Positions 1-8,625 of a stretch of DNA of 64,000 nt are shown one piece after another. The DNA lies in NCBI GenBank assembly GCA_001917665.1, contig MNEL01000027.1, positions 18,866 to 82,865 on the forward strand, given 5' to 3'. Position 1 is the first letter of the stretch. Every line of letters starts with the position of its first letter. A program made the translations under genes and the position numbers. Under the pieces are notes generated by a model. The model worked only from the letters and a program-made list of their open reading frames with translations. It did no database searches and was not told where the DNA came from. This DNA is from Gemmatimonadetes bacterium 13_1_40CM_69_22 (lineage in GTDB: Bacteria; Gemmatimonadota; Gemmatimonadetes; Gemmatimonadales; GWC2-71-9).

Positions 1-666
1 CTCCAGCACGCGGCAGGCCTCTTCACCTTCCCGAGCTGGGCGGCGGTAGTCGGCTCGAGAAGGCCGGAAGGGCGCTCGCGGCGACACATACCAATCGAAC
101 AGGTTCTCCCTCCTTGCCGGCAGCCTTCCCGTGAGGGTTCGATACCCGGGAAGGGGCGAAAGATCGACTGCGACTCCGAGATCGCCGAGCGCGCAGCATG
201 TCCGGGTATTGTGGTACGCCCAGCCCATCCGCACGCTCTTCACTTCACTGGGGAGGCAGGCCGTAAGATCGGCATGGGCCCGCTCTAGCATGTCGACCTG
301 CCAGTCGACGTCTTGGAGCTCTTGAACCCAGGAACCGGTGCCCAGGTCGCGTCGCCAGAGGTGGGGGTGCCATCCCAGCTCGTCTCCAGTCTGCTGCAGG
401 GATCGCAAGAACGCTTCGTGCGCTTGCACGACCCACCCATAGGCGCCCTGGAGCGTACGCACTTGTTCATCGGCCCGAAGCAACCATGTGAACACCGGCT
501 CACGTTCTGCGCTGTCCTTCAGTCCGCACAGCAGCTGCTTGACGGCGGGGATGCCCTCCGTCATGCCCCGCCACGCCAGGCTCTCGGACGGAACTCCGTC
601 GAGGAAGCCGACGCGATCGGGATCGACATCGCAGCTGACGACGATGTAGACAGTGTTGCGCGGCAC
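1..666 (-). CDS. Polysaccharide deacetylase-like (CE4 / ArnD-like) protein; 3' end runs off the window
   Basis: My own minus-strand translation from GTG at 666 is stop-free to position 1 (222 codons): (M)PRNTVYIVVSCDVDPDRVGF...LGWHPHLWRRD... It has DxD and HxH motifs like NodB/ArnD-type deacetylases. The start lies 2 nt after the stop of the upstream ORF. It is absent from the ORF track because its stop is outside the window. Confidence 0.5.
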   Translation of the reverse strand, partial: MPRNTVYIVVSCDVDPDRVGFLDGVPSESLAWRGMTEGIPAVKQLLCGLKDSAEREPVFTWLLRADEQVRTLQGAYGWVVQAHEAFLRSLQQTGDELGWHPHLWRRDLGTGSWVQELQDVDWQVDMLERAHADLTACLPSEVKSVRMGWAYHNTRTCCALGDLGVAVDLSPLPGYRTLTGRLPARRENLFDWYVSPRAPFRPSRADYRRPAREGEEACRVLE

Positions 667-668
667 GA

Positions 669-1673
669 TCACCACAGATTATCCAGGTCTGAGTCGAAGA
701 AGGCCACGCGGATGGCTCCCTCGACGCCGGCCGCCAGGACCACCGGGTAGGGACGAGCCACGTACATCCCCGTGGCTCGGAACTCCGGTGCGTCCCGGGT
801 CGAACTCAGGCCGACGATGCCATACGTGCCGGCGGCTTCGTCCACGGCGTAGCGCATCGCCGCGGCGAACATGTCCCGTTTGGCGGTGCGCGACCCGACG
901 ACATCACAAATCTTCACGAGATCCATGTCCCTCGCGTGGTGTTTGGCGCGACGATAAATGATGTAGCCGTCAATCGCGCCGGACCGATCGCGATGCAGGA
1001 ACGTGAAATATTTGCGGTTCGGCTGGGCGAGCTTGTAATTGAGGAATGCGGCGTCGCGCGTTCCGTACAATTCGTACTGCTGCTTCAGGAGATCGTCCCA
1101 GATGGCATCCCATTCCGGCCGGAAGCGGGTGATCGGCTCGAGCGTGCCGAACCGGACCCGCGTCCGCGGTCTGAGAACGGTGTTTGCGAGTGTGACGAGG
1201 GGTCCTAGAGCCGCTGGTTTCTTCCAATACGCCAGGGCCTTGCCGGGCTGAAAGAACCTCGCGTAGTAATTGTTGGCACTCCGTCTGATTTGATGGCCGC
1301 GACGGAGATAGGCCGGTTCGATGGCCGGTACGACACCGACCGCCGCATACCTGAGGCCGGGGGCATCTTCGCAGGCCTTCAGCAGCCCGCGGCCGGCGGT
1401 CTTGCGCGTGGCGTCGTCCGACATGTCGAGCACCAGGGTGATCCCCCATCCCAGCTTCACCGGTGAGCGACCATTGGCGTAGCGGAACTCGTGCTCGATC
1501 TGCCCGATGTGCCCCACCACCTTGCCACCCGCCAGGGCCAGATAGCGGCTGCAGCGCTGCCAGTCGTAGAGCGATCGCTCGCCGAGCTCCGGATGGTCGG
1601 GGCTCCACGTGCGCATCATGGCCAGGGTTTCGACGAGGTACTTCGCGTCGAAGGGGATAATCGCTACTTCCAT
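669..1673 (-). CDS. Hypothetical protein, GNAT/FemAB-fold acyltransferase-like
   Basis: 334-aa ORF with an ATG start and protein-like composition. Two-lobed pattern (...GKVVGHIGQIEHEF... / ...IDGYIIYRR...GTYGIVGLSS...) resembles acyl-CoA N-acyltransferase-fold proteins. The functional call is weak. Confidence 0.5.
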   Translation of the reverse strand: MEVAIIPFDAKYLVETLAMMRTWSPDHPELGERSLYDWQRCSRYLALAGGKVVGHIGQIEHEFRYANGRSPVKLGWGITLVLDMSDDATRKTAGRGLLKACEDAPGLRYAAVGVVPAIEPAYLRRGHQIRRSANNYYARFFQPGKALAYWKKPAALGPLVTLANTVLRPRTRVRFGTLEPITRFRPEWDAIWDDLLKQQYELYGTRDAAFLNYKLAQPNRKYFTFLHRDRSGAIDGYIIYRRAKHHARDMDLVKICDVVGSRTAKRDMFAAAMRYAVDEAAGTYGIVGLSSTRDAPEFRATGMYVARPYPVVLAAGVEGAIRVAFFDSDLDNLW

Positions 1674-1694
1674 AAGTCAGCAATCTAAGGCGCG

Positions 1695-2897
1695 TTACTT
1701 CACGAAGTCGACCCATCCCGCTTCGTTGGCGATCACTGCGATAGTCCCTGCTTGGTTGAAGGCGATTCGTCGCGGGGCGCCGCCCGTTTGGATCGTCCGC
1801 AGGAGCGCGTGCGTGGATCGATTGAACACCAGTACCTGGCCGGCGGTTCGCACGCCGACCCAGAGCTTCGTTCCATCGGGGCTGAGCTGGACATCGAACG
1901 GCTGTCCGGGGAGCGCTATCGAGGCGACGGCGCCGCTCGCGAGGCTCACGACCTGCAGCCGGCCGCCCGCCTGGTCCGCCACGTACAGCTCGGAGGCATC
2001 CGGGGCCACGGCCAAGCCCTGGGCCTCGGAACCGACCGAAAGCGTCCGTAGCACGACGTCGCGCTTGAAGTTGATCTCCTTCACGGTTCCGTCAGTGACA
2101 CTGGCGTACAGCAGCGAGTCGTTACTCGGGTGGAATGCGAGGCCGTTCGCCGCCGTCGCGAAACTGAAGGTGTGCACGATGCCATTGGTGCTCAGGTCGA
2201 TCCCGTACAGGCCGCCCACGTTCGTCGTGACCCAGAGGAGCTTGTCATCGGGGCTTACCCGGACGATAAACGGATCGCCACTCAGGGCGATGGTGCTCGA
2301 CTGCGTGTTGGTCGCGACGGTAATGACCCCGACATTACTGCTGAGCTGATTGGCGACGAGGGCGGTCGTCCCGCTGGAAGTGAAGGCGACGGACGTAGGG
2401 GCCAACCCCACCGTGACGGATCCTGAGACGACCAGAGCGGGCAGGTCGATTCGCGCCAGAGCCGCGATGTCGAGGCCGGTGACGTAGACGACGCCCTGCG
2501 AGCTCACGGCGATGCCGAACGGCCGGCCGGGGAGCGGAAGACTGGCGACGACGTTCGAGTCCACGATGCGGACGCGCGCCGCCGCCTGGAAGATGCTGTA
2601 GGCGGCGGTGACCACGACGGCGCCCACGAGCCCGCGCGATGTCACGAGGCCGCTGGGCGAGACACGGGCGGTGTTCGAGTCGCTCGACACGAACGACGCC
2701 GGCACGTCAAGGACCGGGCGGCCCGCGGTGTCCACCAGGCTGGCGCGCAATTGCACGGTGGCGCCCTGCTGCATCGTCGTATCCGCCGGCTGCACGACGA
2801 GGCCCGTGACGTAGACGAGCTCTGTGGCGGTGTGGCAGGCGCTCGCAGCTGAGGCGAGCGCGCACGCCCACGCGACGAAGCCTGTTCGCAGCCTCAT
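1695..2897 (-). CDS. Secreted/lipoprotein with Big_2 Ig-like domain and YVTN-type beta-propeller repeats
   Basis: Start taken at MRLRTGFVAWACALASAASAC (signal/lipobox-like), which forms an ATGA overlap with the GT2 stop at 2894. The longer 579-aa track ORF has a junk-like N-terminus. Big_2-like segment: VTGLVVQPADTTMQQGATVQLRA. Repeated ~40-aa units follow (GVVYVTG, LLWVTTN, ELYVADQ, KLWVGV). Confidence 0.75.
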   Translation of the reverse strand: MRLRTGFVAWACALASAASACHTATELVYVTGLVVQPADTTMQQGATVQLRASLVDTAGRPVLDVPASFVSSDSNTARVSPSGLVTSRGLVGAVVVTAAYSIFQAAARVRIVDSNVVASLPLPGRPFGIAVSSQGVVYVTGLDIAALARIDLPALVVSGSVTVGLAPTSVAFTSSGTTALVANQLSSNVGVITVATNTQSSTIALSGDPFIVRVSPDDKLLWVTTNVGGLYGIDLSTNGIVHTFSFATAANGLAFHPSNDSLLYASVTDGTVKEINFKRDVVLRTLSVGSEAQGLAVAPDASELYVADQAGGRLQVVSLASGAVASIALPGQPFDVQLSPDGTKLWVGVRTAGQVLVFNRSTHALLRTIQTGGAPRRIAFNQAGTIAVIANEAGWVDFVK

Positions 2898-3853
2898 CCG
2901 CGCCGGACCTCCCCGCGCAGCTGTTCCACCTCCCGCTGCAGCCCCCGCACCTCCTCCCGCATCCCCGCCACCATCTCTCCCACGAAGCCGAACCCGAACA
3001 AGGCGAGACCGGCGATCACGAGCAGCAGCACCAGGTAGAGGAACGCACGATTGCCCTGGTGCAGCGCGTACCGCTCGATCAGCGCGTACACGCCGACCGC
3101 GACGCCGAGCAGCATGAGCACCGCACCGGTGACCCCGAAGAACAGCATCGGCTTCCGGCCGAAACGCAGCTGGAACCACACCGAGATCAGATCGAGTACA
3201 CCTACCGGAATCCGCCCGATCCCGAACTTCGACTTCCCGGACTGCCGGGGATAGAGCGGCACGGGCCGTTCGGCGAGCCGGAACCCCTCGGCGGCCGCGA
3301 GCACGACCATGTAGCGGTGCCAGTCGGGGCGGCTCGGCAGGTAGTCCATGACTTCGCGCCGATACGCCTTCACGGAGTTCAGGTCCGTCACCCGGATCCC
3401 GAACAGCCAGCGGCACAGCGTGTTGTACACCCACGAGACGAAGCGCTTCTCGTAATGTCCCTGCTTGGTGCCGGTCACAAAGTCGGCCTCGTCCGCGATG
3501 ATCGGCTGCACCAGCGTCGGAATGTCCGCCGGTCGATACTGCAGGTCCGCGGGATAGAACACGAGGATGCGCCCGCGGGCGGCATCGGTGCCGGACTTGA
3601 GCGCGTCGGCGATGCCCCGGCCGCTGCGGTGCGTGACGACCCGGACGAAGGGATGCTTGGCGGACAGCTCGTGCAGCACGTCGGCGGTGCCGTCGCGGCT
3701 GCCGTCGTCGATCACGACGATCTCGCTGGCGTAGGGGAGCGGCAGCAGCGCCTCGCGGGCCTGGCGCACAAACTCGGCAAGGTTTCCGGCTTCATCCTTC
3801 GCCGGGACCAGCACGCTCACCTCGGGCGCGACGGCCGGCGTGGCGAGGCTCAC
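2894..3853 (-). CDS. Family-2 glycosyltransferase, polyprenyl-phosphate sugar transferase type (ArnC/DPM1-like) with C-terminal TM helices
   Basis: VSVLVPAKDEAGNL...VVIDDGSRDGT...ADLQY motifs with two hydrophobic C-terminal helices. The GTG start overlaps the rpoN stop (GTGA). Confidence 0.85.
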   Translation of the reverse strand: MSLATPAVAPEVSVLVPAKDEAGNLAEFVRQAREALLPLPYASEIVVIDDGSRDGTADVLHELSAKHPFVRVVTHRSGRGIADALKSGTDAARGRILVFYPADLQYRPADIPTLVQPIIADEADFVTGTKQGHYEKRFVSWVYNTLCRWLFGIRVTDLNSVKAYRREVMDYLPSRPDWHRYMVVLAAAEGFRLAERPVPLYPRQSGKSKFGIGRIPVGVLDLISVWFQLRFGRKPMLFFGVTGAVLMLLGVAVGVYALIERYALHQGNRAFLYLVLLLVIAGLALFGFGFVGEMVAGMREEVRGLQREVEQLRGEVRRG

Positions 3854-5310
3854 AGCCGCTTGCGCATGCGTGCCGGAAGGATACCCAGCTGATCGCGGTA
3901 CTTGGCGACGGTGCGGCGCGCGATCTTCACGCCGCGCTGCGCGAACATCTCGACGATCTGCTGGTCGGTGAGCGGATTCTTGGGGTCCTCGTCGTCCACC
4001 ATCTTCTGGATCTGCGCCTTGATCGATCGGGCGCTGGCGTCCTCGCCGGTGGTGGTCGAAAGACCGCTCGAGAAGAAGAACTTGAGCGGTAGCAGGCCGC
4101 GTGGCGTCTGGACGTACTTCTCGTTGGTCACGCGGCTGACGGTGCTCTCGTGCATGTTGATGACGTCGGCGACCTCGCGCAGCGTGAGCGGCTTCAAGTA
4201 CTCGACGCCCTTTTCGAAGAACTCGCGCTGCCGGTCGACGATGAAGTTCATCACCTTGAGCATCGTCTGGCGGCGCTGCTCGATCGCCTGGATCATCCAG
4301 TGGGCGCTGTTGAGCCGTTGGTTGATGAAGTCCTTGTTCTCCCCCTGGAATTTCTTCTTGTCGCGCGCGATCTCCTGGTAGGTCTTGGAGATGCGGAGCC
4401 GGGGCAGCCCGCCGTCGTTCAGGAACACATGGTACTTGCCGTCGATCTTCTCCACGACCAGGTCGGGGATGATGTACGCGTCGCTCGCGGCGGAGTACTG
4501 CAGCCCGGGCTTCGGGTCGAGCCGCGCCAGCTCGTCCGCCACCCGCTGCACCTCCGCCGCATCGAGGCCGAACCGCTTGCCGAGGTCACTCCAGCGGTGC
4601 GCCTTGAGATCATCGAACGCCTCCTTGACGAGGCGGTAGGCGAGCGTGCCGGTTTCGTTGCGGGCCTCGAGCTGGAGCAGCAGACACTCGCGCAGGTCGC
4701 GGGCCCCGACGCCGGGGGGATCGAGCTTCTGGATGATGCGCAGCATCTCCTCGGCCTCGGCGAGGGCGAAGAGCTGCGGCTTCTCGTCCCCCTCGGCTTC
4801 GACCGCGTACTCCTCGAGCAGCTGGTTGGCGCCGCGGACGATCTCCTCGAGCGAAGCACCGAGATAGCCGTCCTCGGCGATGTTGCCGATGAACTCTTCG
4901 GCGAGCAGCTGTTGTCGAGGGGTCAGCTCGAGCAGCCGCATCTGGTCGCGCAGGTGGTGCGAGAGATCCTTGGTCTCGACCGGCACGGGCTCGATGTACT
5001 CCCGGGCTTCGCTCAGGTCGCGCGGCGGCGTGCCCTGGTCGCTGCCGTCGTCCAGCAGGATGTCCTCCCAGTTCGGCTCGTCGTTGTTCTCGGTTTCCTT
5101 CTTCTCCTCGACGCCGTCCTGCGTGAGGGGCAGCTCGGTGTCTTCTTCAGGCTCGATCAGCTCGAGGAACGGGTTGCCGAGCAGCTCCTGCTTCAGGTGC
5201 TGCTGCAGGTCCAGGAGCGGCATGTACAGCAGATCCATCGCCTGGTACAGGCGTGGATTGATGCGCAGGTCCTGGCGCAGCGCGGCGTGCTGATGCAGGC
5301 CGGTCTTCAT
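3850..5310 (-). CDS. rpoN: RNA polymerase sigma-54 factor
   Basis: 486 aa. N-terminal Gln/Leu-rich region I ([18 protein letters not shown]), acidic region II, and a C-terminal RpoN box (ARRTVAKYR). It sits immediately downstream of lptB, as in the classical kds-lpt-rpoN synteny. Confidence 0.95.
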   Translation of the reverse strand: MKTGLHQHAALRQDLRINPRLYQAMDLLYMPLLDLQQHLKQELLGNPFLELIEPEEDTELPLTQDGVEEKKETENNDEPNWEDILLDDGSDQGTPPRDLSEAREYIEPVPVETKDLSHHLRDQMRLLELTPRQQLLAEEFIGNIAEDGYLGASLEEIVRGANQLLEEYAVEAEGDEKPQLFALAEAEEMLRIIQKLDPPGVGARDLRECLLLQLEARNETGTLAYRLVKEAFDDLKAHRWSDLGKRFGLDAAEVQRVADELARLDPKPGLQYSAASDAYIIPDLVVEKIDGKYHVFLNDGGLPRLRISKTYQEIARDKKKFQGENKDFINQRLNSAHWMIQAIEQRRQTMLKVMNFIVDRQREFFEKGVEYLKPLTLREVADVINMHESTVSRVTNEKYVQTPRGLLPLKFFFSSGLSTTTGEDASARSIKAQIQKMVDDEDPKNPLTDQQIVEMFAQRGVKIARRTVAKYRDQLGILPARMRKRL

Positions 5311-6563
5311 ACCGGGACCGCGAGCCGCGCCCGCAGGCGCGCGGTGAGGGTGGGGCCGAGGTAGAGGTTGGCCACCCGGTCGTCGAACACGAGCTCGCGC
5401 ACGGTGCCCGAGACCTGGACCTTGCCCTCGAACATGATGTAGGCGCGATCCACGATATCCAGCGTTTGCTCCACGTTGTGGTCCGTGATCAGCACGCCGA
5501 TGCCGCGATGGCGGAGCCCGGCCACGATCGTCTGGATATCGTGTACAGCGATCGGATCCACCCCGGCGAACGGCTCGTCCAACAGCATGAATTTAGGCTG
5601 GGTGACGAGCGCACGCGTGATCTCGAGCCGGCGGCGCTCGCCGCCCGACAGCTGATAGCCCTTTTGGCGCCGCAGGTGCCGGATGGCGAGCTCGTCGAGC
5701 AGGTGATCGAGGCGCTGCCCCAGCTCTGCGTCGTCGAGCGGCAAGGTCTCGAGGATCGCCCGGACGTTGTCCTCCACGGTGAGCTTGCGGAACACCGACG
5801 GCTCCTGGGCGAGGTAGCCGATCCCCGCCCGGGCCCGCTGGTACATCGGCTCGGCGGTGACGTCGCGCCCGTCGAGCGCGATGCGGCCGCGGTCGGGCCG
5901 GATCAGCCCCGTGATCATGTAGAACGTGGTGGTCTTCCCCGCTCCGTTGGGGCCGAGCAGGCCGACGATCTCGCCCTGCTCGAGCCGCACGCTCACGTCG
6001 TTCACCACACGGCGGCCCTTATAGCTCTTCGCCAGCCCGGTCGCCTCGAGCAGGCTCCCGCCGGCGACGCGCGGGTAGGCGCCACTGGGCGACTCCGCCC
6101 GGGTGAGCGCGCGCTCGGCTGCCTCGAGCAGCTGGTCGGCCGCGCCGGGCGCCATCTGGAGCTCCTCCCACGCCTCCCGCGTGAACGCGACCAGGGCGTC
6201 GTCCGCGAGCAGGCCGTTCGGGTACCGCACCACCTTCGCCACGACGAGCCGCGGCAGCACCGAGGTGCGGAGACTGGTGCGGAACTCCTCGACCGACAGA
6301 CCGCCCAGCTCCGGGAGGTTCGCGCTGCGCGCGTGAATCCGCAGCTTCAGGAACTCCTCCCGATAGGCGATCGCCAGCTCGCCGAACGTGGTGCGTCCCT
6401 GCCCATCCGCCACGCGGGCGAGCGCCGCCGCGGCGAGCGGCAGTGAGGAATCCCGCTGCGCCAGCAGGTCGGGGATCCGCTGGGAGATCACGGGGGGCAC
6501 CGGGAACCCTGGGGGCGCGGGCGGCACGGGGGGCACGGGGGGCACTGCGGGGGGCGTGGTCAT
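5307..6563 (-). CDS. lptB: LPS export ABC transporter ATP-binding protein LptB carrying a ~175-aa N-terminal extension
   Basis: The C-terminal 240 aa align by eye with E. coli LptB ([53 protein letters not shown]). The in-frame upstream region is stop-free back to ATG 6563, which forms ATGA with the stop of the upstream gene. The nearest alternative in-frame start is ATG 6155. Confidence 0.85.
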   Translation of the reverse strand: MTTPPAVPPVPPVPPAPPGFPVPPVISQRIPDLLAQRDSSLPLAAAALARVADGQGRTTFGELAIAYREEFLKLRIHARSANLPELGGLSVEEFRTSLRTSVLPRLVVAKVVRYPNGLLADDALVAFTREAWEELQMAPGAADQLLEAAERALTRAESPSGAYPRVAGGSLLEATGLAKSYKGRRVVNDVSVRLEQGEIVGLLGPNGAGKTTTFYMITGLIRPDRGRIALDGRDVTAEPMYQRARAGIGYLAQEPSVFRKLTVEDNVRAILETLPLDDAELGQRLDHLLDELAIRHLRRQKGYQLSGGERRRLEITRALVTQPKFMLLDEPFAGVDPIAVHDIQTIVAGLRHRGIGVLITDHNVEQTLDIVDRAYIMFEGKVQVSGTVRELVFDDRVANLYLGPTLTARLRARLAVPV

Positions 6564-7975
6564 CGATTCGATGGCTTCTTGGCGGCGCTGTCCGCCGGCG
6601 GCGGCTTGGGCGGCGCGGGCTCGAGGTGTACCCCGTCGGCGCGGCCGCTCACGACGATGCGGTCGACCTTGCCCGCCTTGAGGGCGATATCGATCATCTG
6701 GCCGCGCGAGTAGTCGATGGCGGGGCCGAGCGCTGCGGCGGAGTCCTTCGCGCTGCTGTAGATGTGGCTGAGCGAGCGGGCGGCGCCACGCGCCACGATC
6801 TGGTGCAGCTCGCTCTTCGTCTTGCCACCCGTGTCCGCCAACTGCGTCCAGTGGGCGGTGAGCGAGTCGCCCGCGATCCAGTCCACCGCCGCGGCCGCGG
6901 AAGCGTCCTTCTTCGACGTCGACAAGGCGTGGCGGAAGGCGCGAGCCTCGGTCAGCACCTCGTCCGGCGTGTCGAGCGCGAGCGAGTCGGCCTCGATCGT
7001 ATTGAGAGTCGACACCGCTTTCGCGCGGGTCGAGTCGCGTCCCCCCCTGTCCGCCCCGCCCCCTTTGTCCGCCTTGTCCCCCTTGTCCCCCTTGTCCCCC
7101 TTCCCTCCCCCGCCGCCCCCGCTCCAGGCGAACGCGTGCTGCAGCTTGCGGCGGTCCAGGGCGAGGTGAATCGTGTCGGCCGTGAGGCGCCAGTCGGTGC
7201 CGGTGGCGACGCCCTGCCCCAGCGCTTTGACGAGGCGGATCTCGCGGTCGCGGAGACCGAGCTCGATGCGGGTTCCCGTCAGTGCATACGCGCGCGCCCC
7301 CTTTCCTTCCACGCGGGGTCGACCCACCAGGACGGCGAACCCCGCGCCCTGATCGAGCTGCATCGAATCGCCGCGGGCGGCGAAGTCGCTCCGGTCGATC
7401 GTCACCTTCCCGCCGCCCCACATCCGGTCGTTCCCCTTGAAACGCACGCGGTCCCCTACGATGATGTACGGCTCGCCCGAGTCGGCGTTCGACCGGTAGT
7501 CGATCGTGGGGCGTCCGGAGGCGTACATCTCGAGGGTATCGCGGACGCCTTTCAGGGCCCGGTAGTAGGTGAGGTTCGGGCCGCGCAGCACCGATCCGGT
7601 GATGCGATTCACCGCGACCACGTTCTTGTGCGCCTCGAGCCGCTCCTGGTGCAGGAAATACGAGGCATTCACGGCGTCCAGGGTGAGGGTCGTGTCGCGG
7701 ATGTGCACGAGGTGCCGCTGCCCGATCATGTCGAACCGCCCGATTCCGGCGAACCACGCCACGCTGTCGGCGGACAAGGTGCTCCCCGTCCCCCGGCAAT
7801 GCGCCAAGACGCCACCGCCCGCGAACACGTTGGTCTCGCCCTTACGCACCTCGACCTGCTGCGCCCGTCCTCCAACCGAGTCGATATCCACGACGCAAGG
7901 ACGTCCCGCCGTGGTGTCCCCCGGCGAAGGGGCGGGTCGCTGGACCAACGCTAGGAGCAGGAGCGGGACGATCAT
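6560..7975 (-). CDS. Large periplasmic OstA/LptA-like protein (multiple OstA-like modules)
   Basis: 471 aa with a hydrophobic N-terminus ([11 protein letters not shown]). Repeated beta-strand-rich OstA-like modules are separated by a Gly/Lys/Asp linker. It occupies the position between lptC-like and lptB. Confidence 0.7.
   Translation of the reverse strand: MIVPLLLLALVQRPAPSPGDTTAGRPCVVDIDSVGGRAQQVEVRKGETNVFAGGGVLAHCRGTGSTLSADSVAWFAGIGRFDMIGQRHLVHIRDTTLTLDAVNASYFLHQERLEAHKNVVAVNRITGSVLRGPNLTYYRALKGVRDTLEMYASGRPTIDYRSNADSGEPYIIVGDRVRFKGNDRMWGGGKVTIDRSDFAARGDSMQLDQGAGFAVLVGRPRVEGKGARAYALTGTRIELGLRDREIRLVKALGQGVATGTDWRLTADTIHLALDRRKLQHAFAWSGGGGGGKGDKGDKGDKADKGGGADRGGRDSTRAKAVSTLNTIEADSLALDTPDEVLTEARAFRHALSTSKKDASAAAAVDWIAGDSLTAHWTQLADTGGKTKSELHQIVARGAARSLSHIYSSAKDSAAALGPAIDYSRGQMIDIALKAGKVDRIVVSGRADGVHLEPAPPKPPPADSAAKKPSNR
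7067..7102. repeat. 9-bp in-frame tandem repeat (3 perfect copies plus 1 degenerate) encoding (KGD)n in the LptA-like protein
   Basis: On the plus strand, GTCCCCCTT occurs 3 times at 7076-7102, preceded by GTCCGCCTT. It encodes ...[22 protein letters not shown]... on the minus strand. Confidence 0.85.
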
Positions 7976-8625
7976 TGGTTCGGCAGCGTGAACTTGCCGC
8001 CCGTCCCCTTCGGGCGGACCGCCGTCACGACCTTGAAGTCAGGATCCGAGGTGAAGCCCTCGCCCTCGATGTGGCGATTCGGCTCGTCGAACACGAACGG
8101 CTTGTCGGAGCTCACCTGGTTCTTCAACTGGCTGTAGCGCAGCACTTCCGTGCGCAGCGTGGCGCCGTCGGTGCGCACCACGACCACGTTGCCGCGTGCC
8201 TCCATGTCGCCGGGCCGCCAATGGTGGGTTCCCTCGCGCGCCGTGAGCGTCGACGTCTCGGCGCCGCGGGGGTCGTAGAACGTGATGTGCACGGTGCGCA
8301 GCTCGGCGGTCTGCAGGGGCGAGTAGAAGTACGCGGTGTCGGCCCGCACGTGGGCCCGCTGGATCCCCCCTGCGGTCACGTAGTGCGACATGTTGACCAG
8401 CACCTGATCAGCCGTGTCGGCCGCGGTGATGGTCGCGGTGGGTTTAATGCCTGCGTCGCAAGCCCCTACCGCAACCCCGCCCAAGAAGGCGTAGCACGAA
8501 AAGGCGTAGCACAAAGACGTCGCGCGAAGACGTGACGTCGTCGCGTGACGTCTTTGCGTGACGTCTCTGCGTGACACCTCTGCGTGACGTCTCTGCGTGA
8601 CGCCTCTGCGTGACGTCGTTTGCAT
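7972..8625 (-). CDS. lptC: LptC-like LPS export protein (start uncertain)
   Basis: The C-terminal ~150 aa are beta-rich and OstA/LptC-like (...TAYFYSPLQTAELRTVHITFYDP...GNVVVVRTDGATLRTEVLRYS...). The stop overlaps the downstream start (ATGA). ATG 8625 directly abuts the kdsD stop (TAAATG), but the first ~35 codons are the translated 13-bp repeat array. An alternative TTG start at 8514 precedes the hydrophobic segment LCYAFSCYAFLGGVAVGAC. Confidence 0.6.
   Translation of the reverse strand: MQTTSRRGVTQRRHAEVSRRDVTQRRHATTSRLRATSLCYAFSCYAFLGGVAVGACDAGIKPTATITAADTADQVLVNMSHYVTAGGIQRAHVRADTAYFYSPLQTAELRTVHITFYDPRGAETSTLTAREGTHHWRPGDMEARGNVVVVRTDGATLRTEVLRYSQLKNQVSSDKPFVFDEPNRHIEGEGFTSDPDFKVVTAVRPKGTGGKFTLPNQ
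8531..8621. repeat. Tandem array: 7 copies of a 13-bp unit, consensus CGTGACGTCTCTG
   Basis: CGTGAC recurs at exactly 13-nt spacing at 8531, 8544, 8557, 8570, 8583, 8596 and 8609. Each unit carries a GACGTC / TGACGTC core (two units are mutated). Confidence 0.95.

Noticed and set aside
4150-5364. Many long ORFs in the supplied track lie antisense to, or out of frame with, the called genes. Examples: 4150-5364 +, 9221-11425 +, 19359-21146 +, 27313-29508 + (N-terminal part), 45445-47403 +, 47482-50175 -, 51699-53417 -, 62465-63085 -.
   Set aside because: Their translations are Arg/Pro/Gly/Ala-rich with no recognisable motifs, as expected for stop-poor alternative frames of GC-rich DNA. Each overlaps a gene with clear family motifs.
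5307-7799. Very long N-terminal extensions in the longest-ORF calls. Examples: 830-aa 'lptB' ORF, 579-aa propeller ORF, 1074-aa 'nuoN' ORF, 702-aa 'nuoD' ORF, 950-aa UPF0182 ORF, 617-aa glpK ORF, 677-aa mqnE ORF.
   Set aside because: The upstream parts overlap the preceding gene in another frame and look like noise. Internal ATG/GTG codons that form ATGA/GTGA/TGATG junctions give proteins of the normal family length.
8531-8621. Whether the 13-bp array, or the heptamer repeats at 36.5 and 58.9 kb, could be CRISPR arrays.
   Set aside because: The repeats are contiguous with no unique spacers, the units are far shorter than CRISPR repeats, and no cas genes are present.
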